Source: Macrostomum hystrix
Taxonomy: Eukaryota; Animalia; Platyhelminthes
Reading direction: 5' to 3'
Assembly (NCBI GenBank): GCA_950097015.1
Contig: CATNEN010000032.1
Coordinates: 1,860,001-1,924,000 of the forward strand
Length of the DNA stretch: 64,000 nucleotides
Both the position numbers and the translations under genes were made by a program. Below, in pieces: positions 11,563-24,129 of the stretch. Within the stretch, counting starts at the first letter, position 1. Each line of letters opens with the position of its first letter. Below the pieces are notes generated by a model. That model saw only the letters and a list, made by a program, of their open reading frames with translations. It was not told the origin of the DNA and did not search any database.

Positions 11563-14500
11563 TTATCTCCTCTCCTGTCCCCTAGCAGCCGCTTCTTCCT
11601 GGCCAGCAATGGAACCGTGAAAATAATCCGGCCAGTCGGGCAGCCGGTCGCCAGCCGAGCGGTACTGCTCCCTGGTCAGCGCCCGGACTCCCATAACCTC
11701 CAGGGCGCCCATAATCGCTCCGCCAAGCCAGGCAACAAAGTTCCTTTTGCCCGGCGGGCTGTGGAATTTGAACGGCGCCAGGCCGGCCAGCTGGCTGTAG
11801 CGCGGCAGCTCCAGCAGAGCCGTCAGCTCCTCGCGCAGACGCGACAAGAAGCCGGGAAGCATGGAGGTGCCACCGATCACCTGAAACGTGTTGCGGTAGG
11901 GAGGGGTTTTTGCTATCTAGGATTTGTGTGTTTAATTGGAATCAGAAGCTGAGGGACCCCTGTGGTGAGTCTGGGATCTACAGGGTGAGTTTGGGATCTA
12001 CAGGGTGTGTTTGGGATCTACAGGGTGTGTTTGGGATCTACAGGGTGTGTTTGGGATCTACAGGGTGGGTCTGGGATCTACAGGGTGTGTTTGGGATCTA
12101 CAGGGTGGGTCTGGGATCTACAGGGTGTGTCTGGGATCTATAGGTTGTGTCTGGGATCTACAGGGAGTGTCTGGGATCTGTACAGGTTTGATAAATGCAC
12201 AATGAAGCAATTGTTCGGGTCCAGGAATTGATAGGAGAATAGACTAACCAGAATGCTTGAGGCCAACGGGGCCCGCAAATCCACCGGGCATTGCAGCAGG
12301 GACTCCAGCAGCAGTACTGGCAGGCTGACGCCGTCATCGTCTGGTTGGAACAGCGGCTCGCATGCCAACTCGCGCACCCGGCCGGGAACGCTGAGCAGCC
12401 GGCGACCACCGTCCAGCGCCAGCTCGAAGTCCACGGGACGCGGCTCCGGATCGTTGGCGCCCTCGCCAGCTGAAGCCGCGTTCTGGTAGGCCGCCGCGCG
12501 ACTGCGCCGGGTGACAAAGCAGGCGCGAGCTTTGACGTCTTCGCACAGCGACTCGGGAACAAGGCGCTGCCAGTCCGCAGTCTGCAGTTGGGGACAGGTG
12601 AGACAGTTAGCGTTAGGGGAGACAGAACAGGTGAGACAGAGGGTGATAGGGGGAGACAACAGGTGAGACAGTGGGTGGTAGGGGGAGACAACAGGTGAGA
12701 CAGTGGGTGATAGGGGGACAACAGGTGAGACAGTGGGTGGTAGGGGGAGACAACAGGTGAGACAATGGGTGATAGGGGGGACAACAGGTGAGACAGTGGG
12801 TGGTAGGGGGGACAACAGGTGAGACAGTGGGTGGTAGGGGGAGACAACAGGTGAAACAGTGAGTGAGGCCGCACCTGTTGCAGCTTCTCTCCGCCCTCTA
12901 GAATAGCCTCCGATCCAAGCAGGCGCTGCAGGCTTTCATGCAATGCTTGGGCTCCAAGCGGCGCAGCCTGCCAGGCCTTCAGCACGGACACACCCTGGAA
13001 GACTGGCACGGCCAGTGCCTCCTTGTAGCCGCAGTCTAACACCAGGCCAGTCTGTGTGCCCAGCGGCAGCAGGCTGAGCAAATGGGCCGGCGCGAACAGA
13101 AGCGAAGGAGCCTCAAAATGATGAAAAAGCACGCTGGCAATTGTATTGCGCATAAGGCTAGGGCAGAGCACGGACTCAACTAGAAGAACAGGCCGCTCCT
13201 TTGGATTCACGAGTAGGTACCTGCCAGGTAGAGTAGAATATTAACAATTGGTGCGTTTAGAGAAGCTGTTAAATGGCAGTCTTTGACAAAGGGAGTGAAG
13301 GGTGTTAATGACAGCCAAAGTCTCAGGGAGGGAAGGGTGTTAATGACAGCCAAAGTCTCAGGGAGGGAAGGGTGTTAATGACAGCCAAAGTATCAGGGAG
13401 GGAAGGGTGTTAATGACAGCCAAAGACTCAGGGAGGGAAGGGTGTTAATGACAGCCAAAGTCTCAGGGAGGGAAGGGTGTTAATGACAGCCAAAGTCTCA
13501 GGGAGGGAAGGGTGTTAATGACAGCCTAGGACTCAGGGACTGAAGGGTACAATGACAGCCTAGGACTCAGGGACTGAAGGGTACAATGACAGCCTAGGAC
13601 TTAGGGACTGAAGGGTACAATGACAGCATAAGACACAGGGTGTGAAATTGAGATTATACTGTAAGTGTAACTCACTTGAAATAAATGGCATGGAAGTAAT
13701 CAATTAGAAGACAGCGCAGGTCCTCCTTGTCCTTGTAGTCCCAAACGTTTCTTGGCACACCAATGGACTATAAATTTGGGTAGTGAAAAATGTCACATTG
13801 GTCAGTAGAAATGATATACATACAATTGGCAAGCTACATGACTTAGATTAGCACAGAGCAGAACAATGCTAGCTTACCTCAAGCGGTGCCTCACCAACAC
13901 GAGTCTTGACAGCTGTGGATGGTACAATCCATCTAGGAGAAAATTCGCCGGCAATGCCACACCTTTGAAATAGATTGTGATTTAGTAAAGAAAAATAATT
14001 TGCAAAATGAACTACTATCAGCAGGGATAATTACAATAGCAGAAAAAATGATATTTTAGGTTATTAAGAATTTCTTGCCTACATAAACTTAAAACATTTA
14101 TTTTAAAGCTACATATTATAAAAAACAAGCTATAAAAACCCAGAAAGAACTGCACTTAGGTTGATCAAAGTGTTTAAGATGGTTGAAGATAAAATAGTGA
14201 TGTGCTCAGATCTGATACGTACATTTACGCAATATTAATTATATATAATAATTAATATAATTAATTACTTTCCTTTTCCTGTAACCTAGCTCTCGCTAAT
14301 GATACATCCCGCCTGGCCGTCGGTACCCGGTATTTACCCGGCCTTCATCCGGTTTAATCCGTAATTTTCGACTTTTCCGGACGAAAATGAATTTTTATCC
14401 GGTTTCGATCCGGCAGTTCTTACCGGATTAACAAACGGAGGAAACTCCGGAGCAAAACCGAATTAGAGTGCTTTTATTGATCACATTTTATCCGGATTGT

Positions 14501-17500
14501 GTCCGATTCCTGCTCCGGTCGATCAGCGGATGAAAACCGGACTGCCAACCCGAATAAGAAGCGGATGAAAGTCGGATGAATCATAGCTTTCTACCCGGAG
14601 TTGCTCCGGTTTTTTATCCGGCTGTGAATCCGGCTTGTAGTGATAAAATCCCGGATAGTGAAACGGACAAAATCCGGATGAGGGAGTTCACTTAAAGTGA
14701 AGTTCACGTGTTTTAAAATATAATATACCCGGGGAAAAAGAAATCATCTTTTATGCCATTACTGTCCCCTTACATGTCAATTTTCAGCGCACAAGGCTCA
14801 AAAACGGACCGGGAGAAGCAAAACGCGGACTGCAGCTCAAATACCACGGAGAAGACTGCCGAGTGGACATGTGCCTGTAGTTTACTTCTGTACCCGAATC
14901 TACGTTCGGAAAGTTGTTCCGAAAGTTCGTGGACAAACTCAATTTTCTACTAAGCAAAAGGCTGTGTAGCTATAATACTTTTGGCCATAGACAACAAATA
15001 GGTCCCACAAGTTTTAAGCTACTGCGCTCAGATTTGCTCAATGCATTTTTTCATAGCAATATTTTTCGTTACCCACTGATTTTGACACTATGCAAAATAA
15101 CGAAGAAGCCAAGCGAAGTGTCATTTGGTTTTTGTGGAGGCAAGGGAAGCGTCAAGCCGACATTCTCGCGAGTTACAAGAGGCATATGGGGAAGATGCCC
15201 CTTCGAAGACAATGGTCAGCAAGTGGGTACAGCGCTTCCAGGAAGGCTGGGAGACGGTCGAAGATCTGCCACGCAGTGGAAGGCCGGCCACCACGGTCAA
15301 CAAGTTTAACATCGAGCGTGTTCGCCAGGCATTGGATGTCGACCGTCGGGTCACAGTACGTGAACTGGCAGAGATAGTGGGTATCTCACCAACAGCAGTC
15401 CATGGGATTCTCACAGCCGAGCTTGGGATGTCACGGGTTGTCGCTCGCTGGGTCCCGAAGCTTCTGACGGATGACCAGCAGCGCGAACGGGTCCGTGCAT
15501 GTCAGCAGCTCCTGCAGGCCTACCGCAATGATCCGAACTTTTTGGACCGAATTGTGACAGGAGACGAGTCATGGTTCCACTATAGCGAACCGGAGTCCAA
15601 GAAGCAAAGCAGCGTGTGGAAAGACAGCTGATGAACCTGCCCCAGTGAAGGCCCTGACTGTACCATCAGCTGACAAGCAGATGGCCACCGTCTTCTGGGA
15701 CAAAGAGGGCATTCTGCTCATCGACTGGCTTCCACGAGGCACTACCATCAACAGTGCTTATTACATCCAAGTGCTGCAGAAATTGCGTGATTGCAGGTTG
15801 CAGAAATTGCACGTTCTTCGTACATGTATAACGAAAAAACTCAGGTTGTCGGTACAGACAGCTCTGCTCCGACACCAGCAATAGTCGCCGTGGCTCGGGA
15901 CTCCGCATGTCCTGTGACCGTTGGCTGCGTTTTACAAGTTATCACCGCGAAAACAAGCCAAAAGACTGCCAGGAAGTACACCGGCAGACTGATTCGCGGT
16001 CCATTCGCGACCAAAGCAGCTGCGTCAGATGACGCAAATTTGACCAACGTCCACGCACAGCCGACAGAGCTGCCCCGAGGGTGCCCTTCCTGTAAGGGTT
16101 TGCGCTTGAGCTGCGAAGAGCCAAGCTCCTGGCTGACGCGCAGAGTGAGTACTGTTTTTAAGTCTAGCGGAACATTTTTGCGATTTTGCAGACTTCATAA
16201 TTTCAATTTTTGCTCTCCTCTTTTATGACATTTGATGAAATTTTAGAATTTCTGATTTCTAAATCTCTGAAATTTGAATTGTTGACTTGCACTTTCAGCC
16301 GCTGAGATTTGTGCGGCTCGTGCAGTCGAAGCCCGCCTACGATAGGAGCTGAGCGCCCTGCAACAAAAGCTTGCCATCGTGGGGAAAATTGAGAAGAGGC
16401 TGGTTCACGATCTAGAACTGGAGCGTTCTAAGCTTCTAAACCTGGAACGTAATGTGAAGTCCGCTAACGCGCACATCATCCATGCCTCTGATTGCCTGAT
16501 GCCTAACCTCGCAGCTGCTCATCGGGCTGTCGCGACTTCTCCTGAAGACGACGAAAATTTCGGAGTCGACAGACCCGACGACGACGTGCAGATCTGCCCG
16601 CATTGCCACGGCGAGGAAGAGTCGGTCACGCATCTGTTCGCCTGCCCGGCTCGTCCCACCTCGCTCGTCCCGCGGATCTCTGGTCCCAGCCCAAGACCGT
16701 CTGGGGCTTCTTCGCCGAGCTTTTCCCAGGAGCAGGTACTGGCCCTGGCCCGCCGAGCCAAGGTTAACACACACACACGACGTGCAGATGGACGATGAAG
16801 AGTCCATCATTTTTCCCGTCCATTGCGAGCTGTCGGTGTCGCAGACCCGAAGCCTCTTGAATGTGTGCAAAACAGCCTCCGAGGCGGGACCATCGTTCGC
16901 ACACAGTCACACAGTCGGAATGACGGCGCTATCTGACAGCATGCCGTCGGTGAAGGTGAGCACAGAGCTTCGTGCGTCACTTGACAATCGCTTGCACGAC
17001 TTACAGCAGTCGCTGCAGATGCCTGTCGACATTGACGAACCAGTCGACGTACAGGCACGCCTTTTGGCCCAGCGATCGGCCCGTTGTTAGCCATCATGAG
17101 GGCGTTGTTTAGAGCGTTGTTTACTAATAACGAACTCGCACACTACAGCCTATCGGGCCGCAGGTCATCCGGTTATGTCTCCACGAAGGCCAATCCCGGC
17201 AAACTGGGTGCCGCCAAGCTCTGGCTGCAGAACGCCGGTGTCAAGTATGATAGTGGAGATCTGCACAGAGCATTTACCCGCTGCATCGAAACCGCCCGGC
17301 AGAAGTTGGGGCTGCCTAAACGTGTGAGACAGCTGCAGGCGACCTCCGTGACGGCCCCTAGAGCCCGCCGCATTGCCAAACGTGCGGGTAAGGCAGTCGC
17401 CAAAGGTTCCGTTGACACGGTTGTGCGTGTCATTGGTGACGATTCGGCCGACGAAGCCCCTGCCAGCAAGATTTTGGGTGCGGCGAAAGAACTTTTTGGC

Positions 17501-20208
17501 CAGCCGCCAATTAGGGACATCACCAACCTCTAGGGCGACCAAGAAGACCTGCTACTGAATGGTCTCCAAAGTTGGTGACAATTAATTACGAACTTCGCAG
17601 TGCGGCACTATGGGGCCAGTCCAGCTCTAATGCTTGACAATGAACTTGACAATGTCGGGCTTCAGGCGGGCCGGGAAAGCCGCAGAAGCCATAGGTCCAG
17701 GGAGCAGAAAGTAGGCGACTGGAGACTGGTATGTTGGAGTTTTGGATAGCGAATCGTGGGACGGTGACTCCATTGAGGCGGAGAAGTGAGTGACATATAC
17801 GTTATAATGTTAAACTACGATCGTAGCTATTTTTCATTGTCTTAATATTAATTCAGATAATAGACATTAACATATTAAGATATCTGGTCGTTTTCTTCTC
17901 GTTGTGTGAACATTCTTAAAACCGAGCACAAAATTAAGGCAGCTTTGGCGTTCACCATATTTAGCAGTTTGTTCGTTGCATACCCTGGTCATATGTCGCT
18001 CAGTTTGAGCAGTCACCTCCCATAACCCTCTGTTACTAGTTCTACCTGTCCCAGTCATCGGGCATTTAAGCAAAAAGGTACAAAAACCACCTTCAATTTC
18101 ACAGGCTTTAATAGCCTCATTGTGCTGTACGCTAGCTTCTAAGTTCAGTTTGTGCAAAACTCGTTTCTATACAAAGGGGATAATTGTGGAACTTTTGTCT
18201 TTTAAGTTTCATATTTTCATAAATCAGGAACTGTGCATCGAAAATTATTTGAACCTAATTAAACTGGCGCTGGCCCTACAATTTTTTTCAGCGGCATTTG
18301 CCCATGTATGTGTCTGAATAAAAGTTATATAGATCGCCTTACTGTTTCGATTAAAGCCTTTATAATCCTCTGTTTTAATTACCGAAAGCTTTCTACTAGT
18401 AAGCTTCTCTAGAGCTCCTCGCTTGTTCATACAGATATGAGCAGAATCATAGCAGGAGTAGCAGCAGCCGCCACATAGTGCAATTTTTGTGCCAAACCTT
18501 TGGAAGCCACTGTAAAGGAGCACAAATTAAGGCTGAGTAAAAAGCATCTAGAATGTTCATTATTATCTGACAACAGTATACAGGTATCCATACATTTCAC
18601 CCGGTTTCGATCCAGAAATGGCTCTGGTTTCTCATCCAGCTGTAAAATCCATATATTTCATCTGGAATTGGGTCCACTGTCCCATCTGGCTTCCTCTGGA
18701 TTACTTATCAGGCAATTACTGGACGCACAACCAGATACCAAACTGGAAGAGTGTCATATTTTCTCCCCTTTCATCCATTTTGTTAACTTTTCATCCAGTT
18801 TTTATCTGTTTTTTTTTGCATGTAAATTTGCTATTTGTGCCAGATTAAACTCTGGACAATGCATCAGATAAAAGACGGCTAACTTCAGCCAGACAGGATG
18901 TAAAATTGCAACCTAGCAAATCATTCAACCTTTTATAATGGTCATTATATATGAACAATTGAACATACTGAGCTACATGTATCCTTATTGGTCCAGATGT
19001 AGTAATTAGTCCTTCTAATGTAATATCATTGTAGGCATGTCTAGGTGATTCCAAAAGTTGAATATAGTTACAAGATTTAATACATTAAATAGTTAAATAT
19101 CTATTTCTGAACTAAAATTGGCTCTTGACAAGATTTAGATCAGGATTCAGTGAGGATTTTATGTTTTAGGATTTAGGATCCTTTCAAGTGTCTATCTATT
19201 TGGCTATATATTTCTCTATTTTACAGTTATTAGAAACTATTACAAATGTATGTTTCATACAATGAAGCTGAATAATCTTTAATAGCATTCAAGTAGAAAT
19301 CAAAAATCGCTAGCTAGAACTAAATAGTTTTAATGGTCTTAATTTGTCCTTCAAATTGTGAATGCCATATTCTAGATTTATTATTATCAAAAAATTCCAA
19401 CCATAATAGTATACTATGTTATAGTCTACTATTATACAAAAAAATATTATACAATCACACATTATTGGTGTCTATAGCATATAGAGCCTAAAATTAGGTA
19501 CCTACCTTTATTGTTAGGCTATACTAAAACATTTGAAATTCAAAAAAAAACAATATTAAAATAAAAGCTAACTAAATAAAGCTTCTAGATAGACATATGA
19601 CAAATCTTTGGCCAGTGGCTAGAATAATCTACACAATAGTAACAACTTTTGGCTATTCTTATTGGTAGTACTTTACTGGTCAAGGTGGCTATGTAGGAAT
19701 AGATTTTGGACATGACCTTGGCTATATTTTGATTGTACACAGTAATCTCTCTTATGGCCTTGTGCATGCTAGAATATTTTAATTTTATGTACATTGAAAC
19801 ATGCCTATTCTCTGACAAAATAGGGCAACACATGTATGTAATTTGGCTGTCATTATGGACAGAATGACTGTCAGGCAATAACTTTGAGCTAAAAACAATT
19901 TACACCCAAAAGTAATGAAGTAAATTATGAATAGAAAGTGCTAAGTGATTCCCAAGGTCATCCTACATGGTTTGTTAAGTCTACCTTTTGCGACTTTTGC
20001 GAAATGGCCACAGAATGGTGTTCTATAAATAGCAATTAGTTAGTTTGCTTCAGACACCAGGCTGTTTGAAGAAAGCAATAATGAAGTAATTAAGGACTTA
20101 CTTTGTTAAACAGTGTCCCAGCTCGACTACAATGCATGGCTTTTCTGTTGGATAGCTGATGTCTTCGAGAATATTTTTAGCTTGGGGATCAAGCAGCTTA
20201 CTAGTCAT
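11563..20208 (-). CDS. ACTR10: Actin-related protein 10 (Arp10/Arp11, dynactin), 6 exons, 426 aa
   Basis: Exons 20208-20102, 13962-13878, 13767-13676, 13220-12875, 12581-12249, 11880-11563 join in frame (1281 nt, all GT-AG). Motifs EKPCIVVELGHCLTK|CGIAGE, LLVNPKERPVLLVESVLCP, VLDCGYKEALAVPVFQG, IGGTSMLPGF, AWLGGAI match the ACTR10 family. Confidence 0.93.
11971..12186. repeat. 20-bp minisatellite in ACTR10 intron 5 (TTGGGATCTACAGGGTGTGT)
   Basis: About 10 direct copies. Confidence 0.95.
12596..12860. repeat. ~32-bp minisatellite in ACTR10 intron 4 (CAACAGGTGAGACAGTGGGTGGTAGGGGGAGA)
   Basis: About 8 direct copies. Confidence 0.95.
13305..13640. repeat. 35-bp minisatellite in ACTR10 intron 3 (GGGAGGGAAGGGTGTTAATGACAGCCAAAGTCTCA)
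   Basis: About 9 copies, with two sub-variants. Confidence 0.95.
14726..15790 (+). pseudogene. Mariner (Tc1/mariner) transposon, 5' half, transposase with two frameshifts and 3' truncation
   Basis: TA|TACCCGGGG left end. ORF from 15090 with HTH regions, DLPRSGRP, WVPKLL, IVTGDESW, TVFWD. Frameshifts near 15165 and 15620; ends before the second and third catalytic Asp. Confidence 0.92.
15797..17533 (+). pseudogene. Coiled-coil plus BEN-domain protein gene, disrupted
   Basis: Intron ~16145-16279 (GTGAGT...TTCAG). Coiled coil ELRRAKLLADAQ|TAEICAARAVEARLR*ELSALQQKL contains an in-frame TAG. LINE insert at 16594; frameshift near 17085. C-terminal RALFRALFTNNELAHYSLSGRR...NPGKLGAAKLW...AFTRCIETARQK fits the BEN pattern. 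Confidence 0.65.
16594..16776 (+). mobile_element. 5'-truncated non-LTR retrotransposon 3' end (183 bp) with (CA)n tail
   Basis: 13-bp TSD ACGACGTGCAGAT (16581-16593, 16777-16789). Encodes CPHCHGEEESVTHLFACPARPT, then (frameshift) DLWSQP, a C-terminal CCHC-like motif of LINE ORF2; stop then ACACACAC tail. Confidence 0.88.
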
Positions 20209-21264
20209 TTTTTATTGCGAATTTGCTAACAAAATAATTAAACACAGACAGTATAAAGCAAATATTATTTAAGCATAGAAAGTCTAAAATAAAATGATAA
20301 GAACAGGACAGTTGCTTTTATGCCCGATAACCTACAGGAAATTATACAAATAAATATCTGACAAGGCTGCTTCGTACGAAGAAAAATTATCGGATGAGTT
20401 TCTAAGGTTTTCGGGTGCCAAATTAGCGCCAGTTTGCGAACTCTAACATACAAACAAAAATACGAGATGATTCTAATTAAAAGCTGATTATAGAATGTCG
20501 TGAAACTTTTTATTGAACTTTTTGATTGTAATTAATTTTTTAGATAATATCAATTCTCTTAAATTTACATTTTATCAATGTCCAATTGATGTTACTTTCT
20601 GTTTCACTATTGCAGAGACAATATTGTATTATAGCATTCATATTTCACGTCTATCTTTTATTATCCTTTATCCTTTATTTTGCCTGCTTCTTAATTTTTT
20701 TTTCTGTAAAGAAGTTGATCATAAAAATTATTTCTATAGTTGACTCACTTATATAGCTATCGACAAAAATGTGTGTAGGAACCTTGGCATTTTGGAAATA
20801 AGTGCAATAATATGAATTTAAGGCTATCAAAGGCTAACACTTGTTTACCAACATGAAAAATAAATGAAAATCAGAAAATATAATTAATCGATTAGCGCAA
20901 TTTTAAATTGCTGCTACTATATAGGCGCCGCAAAAATTGTCTGCGAATCACCGGCTTGCAATTAGGCGGCCAGTCGTAGAAAGAAGAGCAGCGCGTCTGT
21001 ATGCCGAACGATCTAATCGGTCGTTCAAATTGGCATATTTCAGGGCCTTACTGGCCTCGGCTTAAGGGCAGAACCGACTGCAGCGACGTTAGCTGCATAT
21101 CAGGAGCTGGCAGAGGCGTAAGGGGCGCATTTAATTATGTGGCGTACGCCCAGGATGTGGTCGTCAGAGGGTCTGCAAACGCCACCCTTTGTTTGCTGCC
21201 CAAAGTCAATTCCGTTTTTTTCGGGTGAGCTTTTGGATTGGTTCTGCTGCCGTTGCCTATTTGG

Positions 21265-22398
21265 CAGTGTTGGGCACTGGTCCGTTAATAAGCGTTAATC
21301 CGTTAATAAGCGTTAATAAGCGTTAATTTTTTCTTTAACTTTTAACGGACCATCGTTAATTTAATTTTAGACTAACGGATTAACGATTTTTCATTAATTT
21401 TTTTCTAATTTAACGATGGGTGTGGTCCGTTAATTTTTTGCTGAATTCAGAGGCGATTTCGACGATGCCGACGGCCTCCTCAGCGCCAGTTTCCACCCCA
21501 AGTTCCGGCTGGGGTGGCTCCAGAAGTTCCATCCTGAGAAGGCGGGGCCTGTCCGAGTCATGATGCAACGCACTGTCCAAGACTGCATTGAAGAGAGTGA
21601 CGATGCCAGCAGTGGGCCAGGATCATGCGCATCTGCCGGAGCAGAGCAGATTACCGACTGTGCCAGTGAGTTTGTTGACGACCTCATTCAAACTGCAAAT
21701 TCCTGCACGACTGACAAGCCGACCTCAGATAGCAAGGCGCGCAGCACTGTGCAGGCGTGGATTGACAGCCCTTACAAGGCTGACGACAAGTTGACAGACA
21801 AGGCATTTCTGTACGAGCAGCACCTGATTCGGCTCTTCGCCCGGTACAATACGCCAATACCATCAAGAGCTGCTGTGGAGCGGATGTTCTCCACGTGCAA
21901 AGACATCCTCGGTGCTAAACGAGCGCCTTTATCGGACCAGATGCTGAGTCAGTTGACTTTTCTACGCGGCAACCAGCATCTGACTCTGTGCAGTCGAAAG
22001 TAAAGACTCAAGTGACGAAGTGGCATCTGGCATGACATTCTGCTGAAAAATGAAATATATGTGACGTATAATCTTTTCCATCTTTTGATTCTTTTCCAAC
22101 GTTACATTTCATGTAAAAGAAAAAGCGATGAACTCAAGAAATGAGTGAAACTTACTACAATCTTCGTGCAACTTCAAAGCAGTGCTGTAAAAAGGGGCAA
22201 AAGTATGCTAAAGGGGAAATTCATCGTCATTTGCAACACAGAAGATTTTTAACGCTTATTAACGTTTAACTGCTAACTTCCGTTAAATTTATCAAAAATT
22301 TAACGGAAGTTAAAGTTAAAAGTTAATTTTTTTTATCTTATCGTTAACGCTTAATAACTTAACGAAGTTAAACAAAATATTAACGATGCCCAACACTG
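21265..22398 (+). mobile_element. hAT transposon, internally deleted (1134 bp), retaining the C-terminal dimerization domain
   Basis: TIR CAGTGTTGGGCA / TGCCCAACACTG, perfect TSD CTATTTGG, subterminal CGTTAA/TTAACG repeats. ORF 21560-22003 has YNTPIPSRAAVERMFS...KRAPLSDQMLSQLTFLRGN. Confidence 0.93.
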
Positions 22399-22699
22399 CT
22401 ATTTGGGAAGGGATCTTGACTGGAATTGTAAGTGTCTCATGAATGAGCGAACTTCGCTTGAGTTACTTTTTGGTTCTTTAAACTTGCTTATGTGCTTGAC
22501 TCACATCCTGACTGTGCTCTTAAAGAGAGTTCTGAGCCAGTTTGAGTTTTTTATACAAAATTGCTTAAAAGGGATTTAAGCAGTGAAAAGTGTGCGACAC
22601 GCTCAGACTAAAAGCCCAAAGAACAATTTTTCCGTTTTGTGAGTTTCATAGCAAGTCTTTCTACGAAGCGCAATTAAAAAGCACCGATTTCTCTGCTGA

Positions 22700-23135
22700 A
22701 AAAGTAACGACGATGGCGGTAACGATCGTTACTAAACATTTGAAAACGAAAAATTGGGTAACGAAAAAAATAGTAATGGTCGTTACTTTAAGTCGTTTCT
22801 TTCAGTTTTTTCCACTTGTACAACTACACTACACTTAAAATTTTACAAAACAAAGAAATCGAAAGATATAGTTGCTAATTTTTTTTAATTTGACGACTTT
22901 GATACTAGCAATTGAAAAATAAAAAATAGACAATTATAAACGGGTTTTAACGCAGAAAAAGAAAAATTATACATTGCTGTCAATTACTTATTAATTTTTC
23001 GGAAACTGGTAACGAAAACATTTAACGACTCGCTACGATCTATTTCGTTACCAGCCGGTGGTAACGCGAAAAGAAACGTTGCAAAAAAGTAACGATCGTT
23101 ACCAATTAGGTAACTATAGTAGCGAGTAACGCAAC
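22700..23135. repeat. Cluster of GTAACG/CGTTAC motifs, probable MITE remnant
   Basis: About 10 motifs, including two 14-bp palindromes GTAACGATCGTTAC (22719-22732, 23089-23102). No TIR or TSD resolved. Confidence 0.45.
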
Positions 23136-24129
23136 CAACCCAAACTTAGCTATTTATCTTCGAGTGTTAGTCAGTTTTCTGAGATCGAGAGTGGACTTAT
23201 TTATATTTAAAAAAGGAAACGAAACAAAAACGAAATCGAAAACGAAACAAACTCAAATGCCTTTCTCGCTTGAAGTATATTTTGACACCTCATGCGCTAT
23301 TATATGCTTTTTATCAGCGGTAATAATCAGATCGAGAACTACTAAGTAGTCGCAAAGTCCTTTCGTGAGACACCTTTGAACAGCAAAGCTGAGTGCTCTC
23401 ATATCTTGATCTTATCATATTCTTGCGTCGCATGATAATGCATTCGATTGACCTTATAAAAGCAAAGAAATAATGTAATATTTTCTGTAACTCTTTCATA
23501 AAATTGTATTGATTCAAAGCGTAACTTGCGAAAGTTTTTATTTTTACTCGTATTTATTTTCTTTCTATATATTTTCTATTTGTTTAAAGATGCACTTTTA
23601 TTGCTTGTACTGAAGCGCCTGTAATCAAAGTAAAACAATGGAGTATAGATTAACGGGTAGCATATTTTCTATAAAGCAGGTCATTTTTTATTAACTCTAG
23701 TCAAAAAAAGTTTGCTTATAAAGCAACTGGGTTATTAACTATCTAGTAGTAAGCCTCTGTAAACTAGCCAGACTAAAAGCAGCAAACTAAATTTTGAAGC
23801 ACTTTCAGCGAATAAAAAGTATGCATGAGTTTGATCCAACATCGGTATCACCATTTTGTCATTATTCTATCAATTGCTATTAGAATAAAAATCACTACGA
23901 GCGTACGTGGAGCTGAAGCAAAAAGCAATCGGCAAACTACAAACTATAGCGACTATTGGTGTAAATTAAAACAGCTCTTTTTGCTTCAGAACTCTAACCA
24001 CAGCAGCTGATACTGCCCATCAGCTGAAGGCTTAGTCAACTAGGGCTACTGCTGCTGAAAAAGAGGTTGCGACTGCTGCTGGGTCAGAGAAGACACTTGT
24101 GGATGAAGCTGAGGCTGTTGGTACATCAG

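Larger units (their letters stand above)
14308..17533 (+). mobile_element. Putative decayed DNA transposon in ACTR10 intron 1 carrying a BEN-domain gene; left subterminal region rich in ATCCGG/CCGGAT
   Basis: 14308-14680 is dense in ATCCGG/CCGGAT motifs and starts CCCGCCTGGC. No matching right TIR or TSD found, so extent and class are inferred. Confidence 0.4.

Noticed and set aside
17860-19880. Short ORFs in ACTR10 intron 1 as a nested gene
   Set aside because: Fragments could not be joined into a coherent frame or matched to a family.
21001-21228. 75-aa ORF ending at a GTGAG donor-like site beside the hAT insertion
   Set aside because: No recognisable motif and no downstream exon identified.
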